A stretch of 64,000 nt of DNA from Gammaproteobacteria bacterium. GTDB lineage: Bacteria; Pseudomonadota; Gammaproteobacteria; Poriferisulfidales; GCA-002705445. A program made the translations under genes and the position numbers. The stretch covers positions 76,107 to 140,106 of the forward strand of contig JABGXU010000008.1 in assembly GCA_018675635.1 (NCBI GenBank), in the 5' to 3' direction. The notes beneath the pieces are model-generated. The model made no database searches. It was not told the origin of the DNA and was given only the letters and a program-made list of their open reading frames with translations. Below are positions 17,590-28,568 of this stretch, in pieces. Positions within the stretch are counted from its first letter, which is position 1. Each line of letters starts with the position of its first letter.

Positions 17590-17987
17590 CCATCTTTCCT
17601 AACATATTTTTGTTTTGCGGGAATAACTCCTCTTACGCCACCTTTTGGATTTTCTACATCACCCTCGCGTCTTGGTATTAAATGTATATGCAAGTGATGA
17701 ATTGACTGACCTGCATCCTTACCATCATTAATACCAATATTAAATGCTGTAACTGCAGAGTCTAACTTTATTATTTCACTTCTTTGTTGATTTAATATTG
17801 TATTAATGTCTTTTATTTCATCAGTATTCATTTCAAAATATGACGGTATGTGTCTTTTTGAAATAATCAATGTATGTAATTTTGTTACTGGGTAACTATC
17901 TCTCGTAGCATAAAAAAATTTACTTTCATGCACGACTTCTTTTTCATATTCTTTTTTTAGAACTTTGCAAAACAAACAATCAGTCAC
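17586..17987 (-). CDS. HIT-family nucleotide hydrolase/transferase
   Basis: Histidine triad HHLHIHLIPR, N-terminal CLFC. GTG start preceded by AAGGAG at 7 nt. Confidence 0.88.
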   Translation of the reverse strand: MTDCLFCKVLKKEYEKEVVHESKFFYATRDSYPVTKLHTLIISKRHIPSYFEMNTDEIKDINTILNQQRSEIIKLDSAVTAFNIGINDGKDAGQSIHHLHIHLIPRREGDVENPKGGVRGVIPAKQKYVRKDG

Positions 17988-18110
17988 AATAATACTCCTT
18001 TTTAAATATTACCTGTTTTTTTACTTATTAATAAAAAAATTCTCACAACATGAGAAGTATAATAAATAAAATAATTGTAATAATAATTTCTTTTTTCATA
18101 ATGACGTTAA

Positions 18111-18536
18111 TTATTTATTTTTATAGGACAAATCAGGTTTAACAGTTTTATTTTTAGAATTGATCCAAGATAACATTCCATTTGTCGCATCATAAACATT
18201 TGAATAATTTGCTTCTTGGTCCAGCAAGTTTGCAACCACGCGACTTCTTCCACCACTTCTACAAATTATAATCACTCCATCACTTGTATTAGCAACCTTC
18301 TTTAACTCAGACATCCATTTTTCAATATCATGATTACCTTGTTTATCAAAGAATGTTAACAACTCACTTTGTTTAATTATACCGGTATCATGCCACTCGT
18401 CTGCTCTTCTAATATCAATTATAGGAATACCACTTTGCATTAAAGCAATAATTTCGTCATTATCAACCTCTTTAACTTCTGCAAACACCTGCGAGGTAAT
18501 AAAGAGAAAACAGATTGTGAGTAGTTTAGTTTTCAT
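18111..18536 (-). CDS. periplasmic single-domain rhodanese
   Basis: Signal peptide MKTKLLTICFLFITSQVFA, active-site loop CRSGGRS. Confidence 0.85.
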   Translation of the reverse strand: MKTKLLTICFLFITSQVFAEVKEVDNDEIIALMQSGIPIIDIRRADEWHDTGIIKQSELLTFFDKQGNHDIEKWMSELKKVANTSDGVIIICRSGGRSRVVANLLDQEANYSNVYDATNGMLSWINSKNKTVKPDLSYKNK

Positions 18537-18590
18537 TTTTATCAGTTAACTATTTTAAATCATCGTATCTTGAATATACCAAACATAATT

Positions 18591-18893
18591 TTACACGTCT
18601 CCTTCTTTTACAAATATACCATCAATCATTTTACCTTTACGATCTTTAATGTCGTCATAAGCAACTGATAAGCATTCTTCCATTGTTAAATTATTTCTTA
18701 CCATAATGTTTATTAAAACTACCATCATGTCACCAATATCATCTCGAATATCTTTGCCTTTGCATAAACTATCCGATAATTCACCCGCCTCTTGGATTAG
18801 CTTCATATATTGATCTTTATCAGTACTGCCGTCTATAAGATTTCGATCTTTGTGCCATTGGCCTATTGCTTCTTCATAGTTTATCTCTGTCAT
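18591..18893 (-). CDS. MazG-like nucleoside triphosphate pyrophosphohydrolase (small, single-domain)
   Basis: 100 aa. EEAGEL...DxIGD acidic metal-binding helices typical of the all-alpha NTP-PPase/MazG fold. Confidence 0.7.
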   Translation of the reverse strand: MTEINYEEAIGQWHKDRNLIDGSTDKDQYMKLIQEAGELSDSLCKGKDIRDDIGDMMVVLINIMVRNNLTMEECLSVAYDDIKDRKGKMIDGIFVKEGDV

Positions 18894-18912
18894 ATTATCT
18901 CTCTTATCGTCT

Positions 18913-19326
18913 TTAGTTTATAGATTGCTTAAATTTATCTTTAATACCAGTAAAATACAGAAGTGCTATTACTAACCCAGATAATATAGCTGACGCATAA
19001 TTTAAAAAATAATAGTCAAATTTTGTAACATTATATAAAGGAGAAATAGTTCCTAACATAATACCGATAGTAATTAGAGGTATATATAAGTATTTACCTA
19101 TAGGTTTAAATTTATACAAAAGGTAAAGGTTAATAGCATAAACGACGAGATATAGAAGAGACCACATCGCTACAGTCATCTCTGTTGTCCATTTTATAAT
19201 TTCTTTGTTCTTTAATATGTCTAATTGATTATGTTCCGCTAAAAAAAACATATATATAATTGTTATTAATAATACAAAAAATTCTAACTGTATAAGATTT
19301 TTAAAAATTTTTTCTAAGGTATTCAT
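18913..19326 (-). CDS. integral membrane protein, unknown function
   Basis: 4 predicted TM. The track ORF extends to 19380, but the ATG at 19326 is preceded by GGGAGA at about 6 nt, so I prefer it. Confidence 0.5.
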   Translation of the reverse strand: MNTLEKIFKNLIQLEFFVLLITIIYMFFLAEHNQLDILKNKEIIKWTTEMTVAMWSLLYLVVYAINLYLLYKFKPIGKYLYIPLITIGIMLGTISPLYNVTKFDYYFLNYASAILSGLVIALLYFTGIKDKFKQSIN

Positions 19327-19593
19327 GTTCTTCTCCCAACCATTTGTGCTTGAAATTATAGTATCAGAATAAAAATACATTACAAAATGGATAAATACAC
19401 TAAAAACGCATTAACTATAATTGCTGTTGCTCTAGTATCAATCAGATGATCATCTACTTTAACATTATTATTATTTAATTAAATTATTAAGAACTAATAA
19501 TATTTTATAAATAAAATTAATAAATATAATCAAAATAATTGAAAAAAATAATTTTTTAAATCATTTATAATTAAAGATATATCGGAGAAAAAT

Positions 19594-20049
19594 ATGCTAA
19601 TTAAAAAGAAAGATAATACAAATAATTTTAACAGTATTAAAAGACAGAGACTTCAAAGAAAAATATCTCAGAAAATAAATATTATAGAAAATAAAATAAA
19701 TCTAAATAATTTTAGTGAAGATAATTTAATTTTACTAAATAAAGTTAAAAAATTAAAAAAAACTTTAAAACTTATTTCAATGACACCAAAAGAAAAAAAT
19801 AGATACAAAGAAGTAAAAAGAATTGATTTAAGGATCAAGGAGTACAAGAGAGAACTTGAACTTTTTGATAACCATATAAATTTTGAAAACATAAAAATTT
19901 TAAAAATAAAGTCTAAAATTAGTAAACTTTCTAAAAGGCAAAATATTTTAGAAAATCATGCTTATTTAAAAAAAAATACAAGAAGAATCCCAGCTTTAAT
20001 AAGATTTAATTTAAGAAAGACCAGAATAACAGATGATATTATTGTGTAA
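19594..20049 (+). CDS. very basic Lys/Asn/Ile-rich predicted coiled-coil protein, unknown function
   Basis: ATG preceded by GGAG with a 6-nt spacer. 151 aa with no recognisable domain, lying in an extremely AT-rich segment, so an ORF could also arise by chance. Confidence 0.4.
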   Translation: MLIKKKDNTNNFNSIKRQRLQRKISQKINIIENKINLNNFSEDNLILLNKVKKLKKTLKLISMTPKEKNRYKEVKRIDLRIKEYKRELELFDNHINFENIKILKIKSKISKLSKRQNILENHAYLKKNTRRIPALIRFNLRKTRITDDIIV

Positions 20050-20148
20050 TTTATTATTCTCTATCTTAATAGTTTAGATATAGAAAATTTTTATGATACG
20101 AGAGATAGTTACCCGGTAACAGAATTACATACATTGATTATTAACAAT

Positions 20149-20310
20149 TTACCAAATACCAAACCATGTTCCAATACCGTGGAATATTGCGATTGGAAAC
20201 ATTATTGCCCCAGCAATTAAAAATCCCCATCTGTCATCAGTAAAACAGACATATAGGTGTGTAAACCAAGCAGATACAGAGATAACAATAAGTATGATAG
20301 CTATGGGCAT
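20149..20310 (-). CDS. 53-aa two-helix membrane protein (below track cutoff)
   Basis: Hand translation: MPIAIILIVISVSAWFTHLYVCFTDDRWGFLIAGAIMFPIAIFHGIGTWFGIW. The ATG directly abuts the stop of the upstream small ORF, whose last codons supply AAGGAGGA. Confidence 0.5.
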   Translation of the reverse strand: MPIAIILIVISVSAWFTHLYVCFTDDRWGFLIAGAIMFPIAIFHGIGTWFGIW

Positions 20311-20460
20311 TCAATCCTCCTTCGAGTTATATTTTTTTAAATAATAATTTAATAGCATTATAAATCCAATCGGTGGAAAAATTATTGCAATAATAGGAAT
20401 TTTTCCAAATAATTTATTTTTTTTGTTTGTTACTTTTTTTTTATTTGACTTTACTTTCAT
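20311..20460 (-). CDS. 49-aa single-pass membrane protein with Lys-rich N-terminus (below track cutoff)
   Basis: Hand translation: MKVKSNKKKVTNKKNKLFGKIPIIAIIFPPIGFIMLLNYYLKKYNSKED. Lies 49 nt downstream of glmS on the same strand. Confidence 0.4.
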   Translation of the reverse strand: MKVKSNKKKVTNKKNKLFGKIPIIAIIFPPIGFIMLLNYYLKKYNSKED

Positions 20461-20509
20461 AAAATGAACATATCAAAAAATCAATGTATTGCAAAATTAT
20501 TGTATTAGA

Positions 20510-22333
20510 CTACTCCACCGTAACTGATTTGGCTAAATTCCTTGGCATGTCAACATTTGTGCCTTTAATGATTGCGCAATGATAAGCGAGAAGTTGAAGG
20601 GGGATGGTAAATAAAATTGGCGCAACAGGATTCATTGGTGCGTCTATTTCAAATACTTGCGAGATGTCATCATTTTTAAAGCCAGCTTTCTTATCTGCAA
20701 ATATATAAAGTTTTCCACCTCTTGCTTTAACTTCTTCTAAATTTGATTTTAATTTTTCTAGCACTACATTGTTTGGAGCTACTGCAACCACCGGCATATT
20801 TTCATCTACAATGGCAAGCGGGCCATGTTTTAATTCGCCGGCTGGGTAAGCTTCTGCATGAATATAGGAAACCTCCTTTAATTTTAATGCGCCTTCTCTT
20901 GCTATTGGGAAATGTGAACCTCTTCCTAAAAATAATGCGTGCTCTTTGTCAGAAAATACTTTAGCTAGCTCAGCTATTTCAGCATCTAAAGCCAAAGTAC
21001 TTTTAATCTTTTCTGGCAACCCTTGCAGTTGCTTACATAAAGACTTTTCTAAATCCTTAGTAATTTCAAAATTTTTACCCAGTACAATTACAAGCAACAT
21101 TATTGCTGTTAGTTGTGTAGTAAATGCTTTAGTCGAAGCAACACCTATTTCTGGGCCGGCGTGCGTAATCAGTGTTGAATCACATTCTCTTGCTAACGAG
21201 CTTTCAGGAACATTACAAATTGCAATCGTGCCTACATAATGATCCTCATTTTTAACTTTTCTCAGCGCAGATAAAGTATCAGCTGTTTCCCCAGATTGAG
21301 ATATACAAATTAATAAAGTATTTTTTTGTACGGCGTGACTTCGGTATCGAAATTCACTAGCAATTTCTGCGTGGCAGGGGATCCCTGCTAATCTTTCTAA
21401 CCAATGTTTTGCAACTAGAGCGGCATGATAACTAGTTCCGCATGCAATAATTTGAACAACCTTAAACTTTGAAAAATATTTTTCTACGTTAGGACCAAGA
21501 ATTTCTTTTGGAACAGCATTATTTATAATTCTATCTTGAATAGTTGCTTTTACAGCTTCTGGCTGCTCGAATATTTCTTTTATCATAAAATGTTCATAGC
21601 CTTCTTTTGAACTGCTTTTTAAACTTAAATTACTTTTTTTAATTTCACGAGAAATTTTATTTTTATTTTTATCAAATATATTTACATTTTCAAATGTAAT
21701 AGTGGCCAAGTCTCCATCTTCTAAATATATAAATTTGTTTGTATGTTCTATTAATGCGTGCGCGTCTGATGCAATATAATTCGTTTGATCGCCAATACCA
21801 ATAAGTAATGGGCTTCCATTTCTTGCAACAATTATTTGACCAGGGTTTTTTTTATTAATCACTGCAAGCGCATATGAGCCTTTGATTTCTTGCAGCGATA
21901 AATGCACTGAATCTAAAGTATTATTTTTGTGCGCAAAGTGATTGATTAAGTGAGCTAATATTTCAGAATCAGTTTCTGATGTAAAAGTTGTATTCTTAAA
22001 AAATTTATTTTTTATTTCAATATGATTTTCAATAATGCCATTATGCACAATAGCAATATTTTCTTCTGCGACATGAGGATGGGCATTTTCTTCTGATGGC
22101 TTGCCGTGAGTGGCCCACCGAGTATGTGCTATGCCTATTGTCGCATTTATATTATCTGTTAATGACGATGTTAATTCTACGACCTTGCCTTCTTTTCTAT
22201 ATCTATTTATTTTCTGATCTTGAATTACTGCAATCCCAGCAGAGTCATAACCTCTGTATTCTAGATGCTTTAAGCCATCAGACAATATATTAATAACATT
22301 AAATTTAGACGCTGCTGCTACAATTCCACACAT
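20510..22333 (-). CDS. glmS: glutamine--fructose-6-phosphate aminotransferase
   Basis: N-terminal MCGIV (Ntn Cys), two SIS domains, C-terminal ..LAKSVTVE. 607 aa. Confidence 0.97.
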   Translation of the reverse strand: MCGIVAAASKFNVINILSDGLKHLEYRGYDSAGIAVIQDQKINRYRKEGKVVELTSSLTDNINATIGIAHTRWATHGKPSEENAHPHVAEENIAIVHNGIIENHIEIKNKFFKNTTFTSETDSEILAHLINHFAHKNNTLDSVHLSLQEIKGSYALAVINKKNPGQIIVARNGSPLLIGIGDQTNYIASDAHALIEHTNKFIYLEDGDLATITFENVNIFDKNKNKISREIKKSNLSLKSSSKEGYEHFMIKEIFEQPEAVKATIQDRIINNAVPKEILGPNVEKYFSKFKVVQIIACGTSYHAALVAKHWLERLAGIPCHAEIASEFRYRSHAVQKNTLLICISQSGETADTLSALRKVKNEDHYVGTIAICNVPESSLARECDSTLITHAGPEIGVASTKAFTTQLTAIMLLVIVLGKNFEITKDLEKSLCKQLQGLPEKIKSTLALDAEIAELAKVFSDKEHALFLGRGSHFPIAREGALKLKEVSYIHAEAYPAGELKHGPLAIVDENMPVVAVAPNNVVLEKLKSNLEEVKARGGKLYIFADKKAGFKNDDISQVFEIDAPMNPVAPILFTIPLQLLAYHCAIIKGTNVDMPRNLAKSVTVE

Positions 22334-22338
22334 TTAAT

Positions 22339-23694
22339 TTATCTTTTCCAATTTTTCTTTTCTTGTTGTCGCGATCTCGCTATTAACAAACTATCTTTTT
22401 CAGAATTATCTGTGATTGTTGATCCTGCTGCTATTGTTACACCTTCTTCAACTACTATTGGAGCTATTAATTGAGAATCAGAACCTATAAAAACATTATT
22501 CTTAATAATAGTTTTATGTTTATCGACTCCATCGTAATTACAAGTGATAACGCCAGCTCCAATATTTACATCTGAGCCGATTTCAGAATCACCTAAATAT
22601 GTTAAATGATTTGCTTTTGTATTTTTCTTTATTGTTGTTGCTTTTACTTCTACAAAATTTCCGATTCCTACGTTTTCTTCCAAATTACAATTTGGTCTAA
22701 TTCTAGCAAAAGGACCGATTTTACAATTACTTCCGATTACAGAATCCTCAACAATAGAGTAAGGTTTTATTTCCGTACTATTGTTAATTGTAGAGTCTTT
22801 AATAATTGTATGGGATCTAATTTTAACATTATCGCCCAGTATTACGTTACCCTCAAAAATTATATTCGCGTCAATCTCAACATCTGTTCCAATTTTTACA
22901 TCTCCTTTAAATATTACTGAGCTTGAATCAAGCATTGTTACTCCTTGCTCTAAAAAATTTTTTCTTTTAGAATTTTGAAATATTTGTTCCGTCTTTTCTA
23001 ACTGTAATTTATCATTAACTCCTAAAACTAAATCAGCTTCTTTCGCTAACAAAGGCACAACTAATAAATTCTTTTTATTCGCGATACTTACGATATCAGT
23101 TAAATAATATTCTTTTCTTGAATTATTATTTTGAACTTCCCCAATTAAAATCTCCAAAGCTGTTGTGTCACTAAATATTATTCCAGTATTACATTCTGTG
23201 ACTTTTTTTTGCTTTTCGTCTGCTTCTGATTCTTCAACAATCATGCGGACAATTTCATCCTCTGATTCTTCCCTTATTATTCTTCCATAACCAAATGGCG
23301 TTTCTAATTCAGCTGTTAATACTTTCACAGTACTTTGAGGCATATAGTTCATAAATTTTTCTAAGAGTAAAAAATTTATTAACGGAGTATCTGCATACAA
23401 TATCAATACTTTTTCATCTTTTGGTAGCTTTGGAAGCACAGTTTTAACAGCATCTGCTGTTCCATTTTGCTCAGCTTGAATGTGCCAATCAATATTGAAT
23501 TTTAAAAATGATTTTTTTATATCTTCTATACTAGAATTTATTACAACATTAATTGTTTTTGGTTTTAATTTTTTTGCACAAATTAAAACATGCTCAAGCA
23601 TAGTCTTGCCACCAACTTTATGCATGACTTTTGGTATTGCGCTATGCATTCTTTTCCCATTTCCTGCCGCAAGAATAATAATATTTAAATTCAT
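22339..23694 (-). CDS. glmU: bifunctional UDP-GlcNAc pyrophosphorylase / GlcN-1-P acetyltransferase
   Basis: LAAGNGKRM nucleotidyltransferase start, C-terminal hexapeptide-repeat beta-helix. 451 aa. Confidence 0.95.
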   Translation of the reverse strand: MNLNIIILAAGNGKRMHSAIPKVMHKVGGKTMLEHVLICAKKLKPKTINVVINSSIEDIKKSFLKFNIDWHIQAEQNGTADAVKTVLPKLPKDEKVLILYADTPLINFLLLEKFMNYMPQSTVKVLTAELETPFGYGRIIREESEDEIVRMIVEESEADEKQKKVTECNTGIIFSDTTALEILIGEVQNNNSRKEYYLTDIVSIANKKNLLVVPLLAKEADLVLGVNDKLQLEKTEQIFQNSKRKNFLEQGVTMLDSSSVIFKGDVKIGTDVEIDANIIFEGNVILGDNVKIRSHTIIKDSTINNSTEIKPYSIVEDSVIGSNCKIGPFARIRPNCNLEENVGIGNFVEVKATTIKKNTKANHLTYLGDSEIGSDVNIGAGVITCNYDGVDKHKTIIKNNVFIGSDSQLIAPIVVEEGVTIAAGSTITDNSEKDSLLIARSRQQEKKNWKR

Positions 23695-23773
23695 TTTGTT
23701 TTAGATGTTGTTTTTATAGCATTATTCTACTATGACTAAACAAAATATGCACAAAAACCTGTGCTTAGTAGAT

Positions 23774-24193
23774 TTATTTGATGTTTTTTCTTAAGCTTTC
23801 TATCATTTTTAACTGTGCGGCAGCTTGAGCAAGTTCCGCTAATGCTTTTGCAGCATCAATATTATCACTTTTATCAGCAAGCGCTTCTTCGGCTCTTTTC
23901 TTTGATTCTGCTGCTTTTGCCTCATCTAAATCTTCACCCCTAATTGCTGTATCAGCCAATATAGTTACGATATTTGGCTGAACTTCAAGAACTCCGCCTG
24001 AAACAAAATATAATTGTTCTTCATCTTCTTCCGTAATTATTTTTATTTCACCTGGTTTTAATGGAGTTATCATTGGCGTATGTTTTGGGTATATCCCAAC
24101 TTCGCCCATTATGGCTGCTGCTACAATATTTTTAACATTACCAGAAAAAATTTCTTCTTCAGCGCTTACTATATCTAGATGCATTATTGACAT
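23774..24193 (-). CDS. atpC: F1 ATP synthase epsilon subunit
   Basis: 139 aa, last gene of the atp operon. Typical beta-sandwich plus helical hairpin sequence. Confidence 0.93.
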   Translation of the reverse strand: MSIMHLDIVSAEEEIFSGNVKNIVAAAIMGEVGIYPKHTPMITPLKPGEIKIITEEDEEQLYFVSGGVLEVQPNIVTILADTAIRGEDLDEAKAAESKKRAEEALADKSDNIDAAKALAELAQAAAQLKMIESLRKNIK

Positions 24194-24199
24194 AAATTA

Positions 24200-25591
<1,392 letters not shown>

Positions 25592-25598
25592 TTAATAA

Positions 25599-26462
25599 CT
25601 AAACTGCAGCTGCTCCAGCCACAATTTCTGAAAGTTCTTGCGTTATAGATGCCTGTCTTGCTTTGTTATAAATTAATTGTAATTCGTCTATCAAATCACT
25701 AGCGTTCTCTGATGCGCTTTTCATTGCAACCATTCTAGCGGCCATTTCACAAGCAACATTTTCTACAATGCCTTGATAAACTAATGATTCAATATATCTA
25801 ATCAACAGATTGTCAATAACGCTTTTTGAATCAGGCTCATATATATAATCCCAATGATGAGAAAGCTCTTCTTCTTTATTTGCCTTGGTTGGCAATAATT
25901 GAATTGTTCCTGGTTCTTGCAACATTGTATTTATAAATTTATTTTCCGCCAAATAAAGCTCATCAATATTTCCATCGACGAAGTTATCTAACATAATTTT
26001 AATTGAACCAATTACATCATTAATTTCTGGGCTATCTCCTAGATGTGAAACTTGCGCAACTAAATTTACATCTAATCTTTTAAAAAATTTTTCTGCTTTA
26101 GAACCAATCGCACAAACATCTACTTCAACTGAATCTTTATTCCATTCATTAATTTTTTTAAGTGATTGTTTAAATAAATTTGTATTCAAGCCCCCGCATA
26201 AGCCTCTATCTGTACTTATTATAATCAAACCGGCTCTTTTAACATTTTCTCGTTCTATTAAGAATGGATGCTTGTACTCAGGATGAGCGCTTGCTAAATG
26301 ACTAACTACATTTTTAATCATCTTCGCATAGGGTCTTGCTGCAGACATGCGCCCTTGTGCTTTCTTCATTTTACTTGCAGCTACCATTTGCATAGCTTTT
26401 GTAATTTTCTGAGTATTTTTAATACTAGAAATTTTCCCTTTTATTTCTTTTCCGCCTGACAT
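25599..26462 (-). CDS. atpG: F1 ATP synthase gamma subunit
   Basis: 287 aa. [13 protein letters not shown] and C-terminal [15 protein letters not shown]. Confidence 0.96.
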   Translation of the reverse strand: MSGGKEIKGKISSIKNTQKITKAMQMVAASKMKKAQGRMSAARPYAKMIKNVVSHLASAHPEYKHPFLIERENVKRAGLIIISTDRGLCGGLNTNLFKQSLKKINEWNKDSVEVDVCAIGSKAEKFFKRLDVNLVAQVSHLGDSPEINDVIGSIKIMLDNFVDGNIDELYLAENKFINTMLQEPGTIQLLPTKANKEEELSHHWDYIYEPDSKSVIDNLLIRYIESLVYQGIVENVACEMAARMVAMKSASENASDLIDELQLIYNKARQASITQELSEIVAGAAAV

Positions 26463-26467
26463 TTAAT

Positions 26468-28009
26468 TTACCATGTTTGTGTTGATACAAATTTTTCTAA
26501 CAACTCTTTTAAGGTAGCCCCAATATCATCATTGTAGTCACCGGACTTTTCTATACCGTTCATAAAGTCAGAGTATTCAGATGTTGCAAAACCTAACAAA
26601 GCTTTTTCAAAATCTTTTATTTTATTAACTTCAACATTATCTAAATAACCTTCATTAACAGCATAAAGAACTAATCCCATAGATGAAATATTTAATGGAG
26701 AGTACTGAGTTTGTTTCATTAACTCCATAACTCTTTCACCGCGTTCTAATTGTTTTCTAGTTTGCTCATCAAGGTCAGATGCAAATTGTGAGAATGCTGC
26801 AAGCTCTCTATATTGTGCTAATGCCAACCTAACACCACCACCAAGTTTTTTAATAAGTTTAGTTTGTGCAGCACCACCAACCCTTGAAACAGATAACCCA
26901 GCATCAATTGCAGGGCGTAACCCAGAATTAAATAAATTAGTTTCTAAAAAAATTTGGCCATCAGTAATAGAAATAACATTGGTAGGAACAAACGCAGATA
27001 CATCTCCTGCTTGTGTTTCAATTATTGGCATTGCTGTTAATGAGCCAGTCTTGCCTTTAACTTTTCCGCCTGTTATTTTTTCAATATGCTCTGCATTTAC
27101 TCTAGATGCTCGCTCTAATAATCTTGAATGTAAGTAAAATACGTCACCAGGATAGGCTTCTCTACCTGGAGGTCTTCTTAACAAAAGTGACACTTGTCTA
27201 TAAGCAACAGCTTGCTTGCTTAGATCATCATAAATAATTAAAGCATCTTCGCCTTTATCTCTAAAATATTCTCCCATAGAACACCCAGCATAAGGCGCTA
27301 TATATTGCATTGCTGCAGATTCTGCTGCTGTAGAAGCTACAACAATTGTGTGACCCATCGCTCCGTGTTCTTCTAATTTTTTTACAACATTAGAAACCGA
27401 AGAAGCTTTTTGACCAATAGCTACATAAATGCATTTAACCCCTGTGCCTTTTTGATTTATTATTGTATCTATCGCAATAGCAGTTTTGCCAGTTTGCCTA
27501 TCACCAATAATTAATTCTCTTTGGCCTCTCCCAATAGGGACCATTGAGTCAATTGATTTTAGTCCTGTCTGCACAGGCTGATCAACTGACTGTCTTTGAA
27601 TAACCCCAGGAGCAATTTTTTCTATAGGCGAAAATTCTTTAGTGTTAATTTCACCTTTACCATCAATGGGTGTGCCAAGTGAATTTACAACTCTTCCAAT
27701 TAAAGATTCCCCAACTGGGACCTCTAAAATTTTACCTGTACATTTTGCTATATCACCTTCTGACAAATGCTGATAATCGCCTAAAATAACTGCGCCAACA
27801 GAATCTCTTTCAAGGTTAAGAGCTAAACCATATGTATTATTTGGGAACTCTATCATTTCGCCGGCCATAACATCAGACAAACCATGAATTCTAACAATTC
27901 CGTCTGTCACTGCTACGATAGTACCTTCTGTCTTTGCTTCAGCAGAAAGATCAAACCCCTCAATTCTTTTTTTAATTAAATCACTAATTTCTGTTGGACT
28001 AAGTTGCAT
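26468..28009 (-). CDS. atpA: F1 ATP synthase alpha subunit
   Basis: Walker [10 protein letters not shown]. 513 aa. Confidence 0.98.
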   Translation of the reverse strand: MQLSPTEISDLIKKRIEGFDLSAEAKTEGTIVAVTDGIVRIHGLSDVMAGEMIEFPNNTYGLALNLERDSVGAVILGDYQHLSEGDIAKCTGKILEVPVGESLIGRVVNSLGTPIDGKGEINTKEFSPIEKIAPGVIQRQSVDQPVQTGLKSIDSMVPIGRGQRELIIGDRQTGKTAIAIDTIINQKGTGVKCIYVAIGQKASSVSNVVKKLEEHGAMGHTIVVASTAAESAAMQYIAPYAGCSMGEYFRDKGEDALIIYDDLSKQAVAYRQVSLLLRRPPGREAYPGDVFYLHSRLLERASRVNAEHIEKITGGKVKGKTGSLTAMPIIETQAGDVSAFVPTNVISITDGQIFLETNLFNSGLRPAIDAGLSVSRVGGAAQTKLIKKLGGGVRLALAQYRELAAFSQFASDLDEQTRKQLERGERVMELMKQTQYSPLNISSMGLVLYAVNEGYLDNVEVNKIKDFEKALLGFATSEYSDFMNGIEKSGDYNDDIGATLKELLEKFVSTQTW

Positions 28010-28028
28010 TATTCTTCCCTCTATTGTT

Positions 28029-28562
28029 TCAAATTAATTGAGATTCTAGTTTTCTCAACTGCTCTCTAAGTGAACCATCTATTACTAAATCATCTATTCT
28101 TACAACCGCTCCTGCCAGGAGGCTTGCGTCTAAATTTTGCTCTAATTCAATTTTTTTATTAAATCTTTTTTCTAGCGCCACCTTTATTGCTTCAAGTTGA
28201 TCGCGATTTAATTCGTAAGCTGTATCTATTTTTGCCGTTTTTAAACTTTTTTCTTCTTGCAAATATCCGTTATATAAATCACAAATTTCAGTTATTACAG
28301 ATAGTCTATTATTTTCTGATAGCAAACTTATAAATCTTAAAAAATTTTCATTTGTATTTTCTTTTAATACTTCAGATAAAAAATTAACTTTATATTTACT
28401 ATCGAATGAATCATTTGATAATATTTTTTGTGCATTGTTGTTGTTAATAACCATATTTAAATTTTTTAACATATCAAAATTTTGATCTATCATATTCTGC
28501 TCTTTAGCGCTTTTAAAAAGAGCTTTTGCGTATGGTCTAGCTGTTGTTAGTAATTCTGACAT
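28029..28562 (-). CDS. atpH: F1 ATP synthase delta subunit
   Basis: 177 aa. ARPYAKALF start. Operon position. Confidence 0.92.
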   Translation of the reverse strand: MSELLTTARPYAKALFKSAKEQNMIDQNFDMLKNLNMVINNNNAQKILSNDSFDSKYKVNFLSEVLKENTNENFLRFISLLSENNRLSVITEICDLYNGYLQEEKSLKTAKIDTAYELNRDQLEAIKVALEKRFNKKIELEQNLDASLLAGAVVRIDDLVIDGSLREQLRKLESQLI

Positions 28563-28568
28563 AATTTT

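Noticed and set aside
20108-20120. 6-1-6 palindrome GTTACCCGGTAAC between convergent genes, considered as a terminator or protein-binding site.
   Set aside because: A 1-nt loop cannot form a hairpin terminator. A single 13-bp palindrome without a second copy in the window is weak evidence for a binding site. It is mentioned only within the AT-rich segment finding.
22334-22338. Looked for a glmS ribozyme or leader upstream of glmS.
   Set aside because: glmS starts 5 nt after the glmU stop, so there is no room for a leader RNA. This is the usual proteobacterial glmUS operon arrangement.
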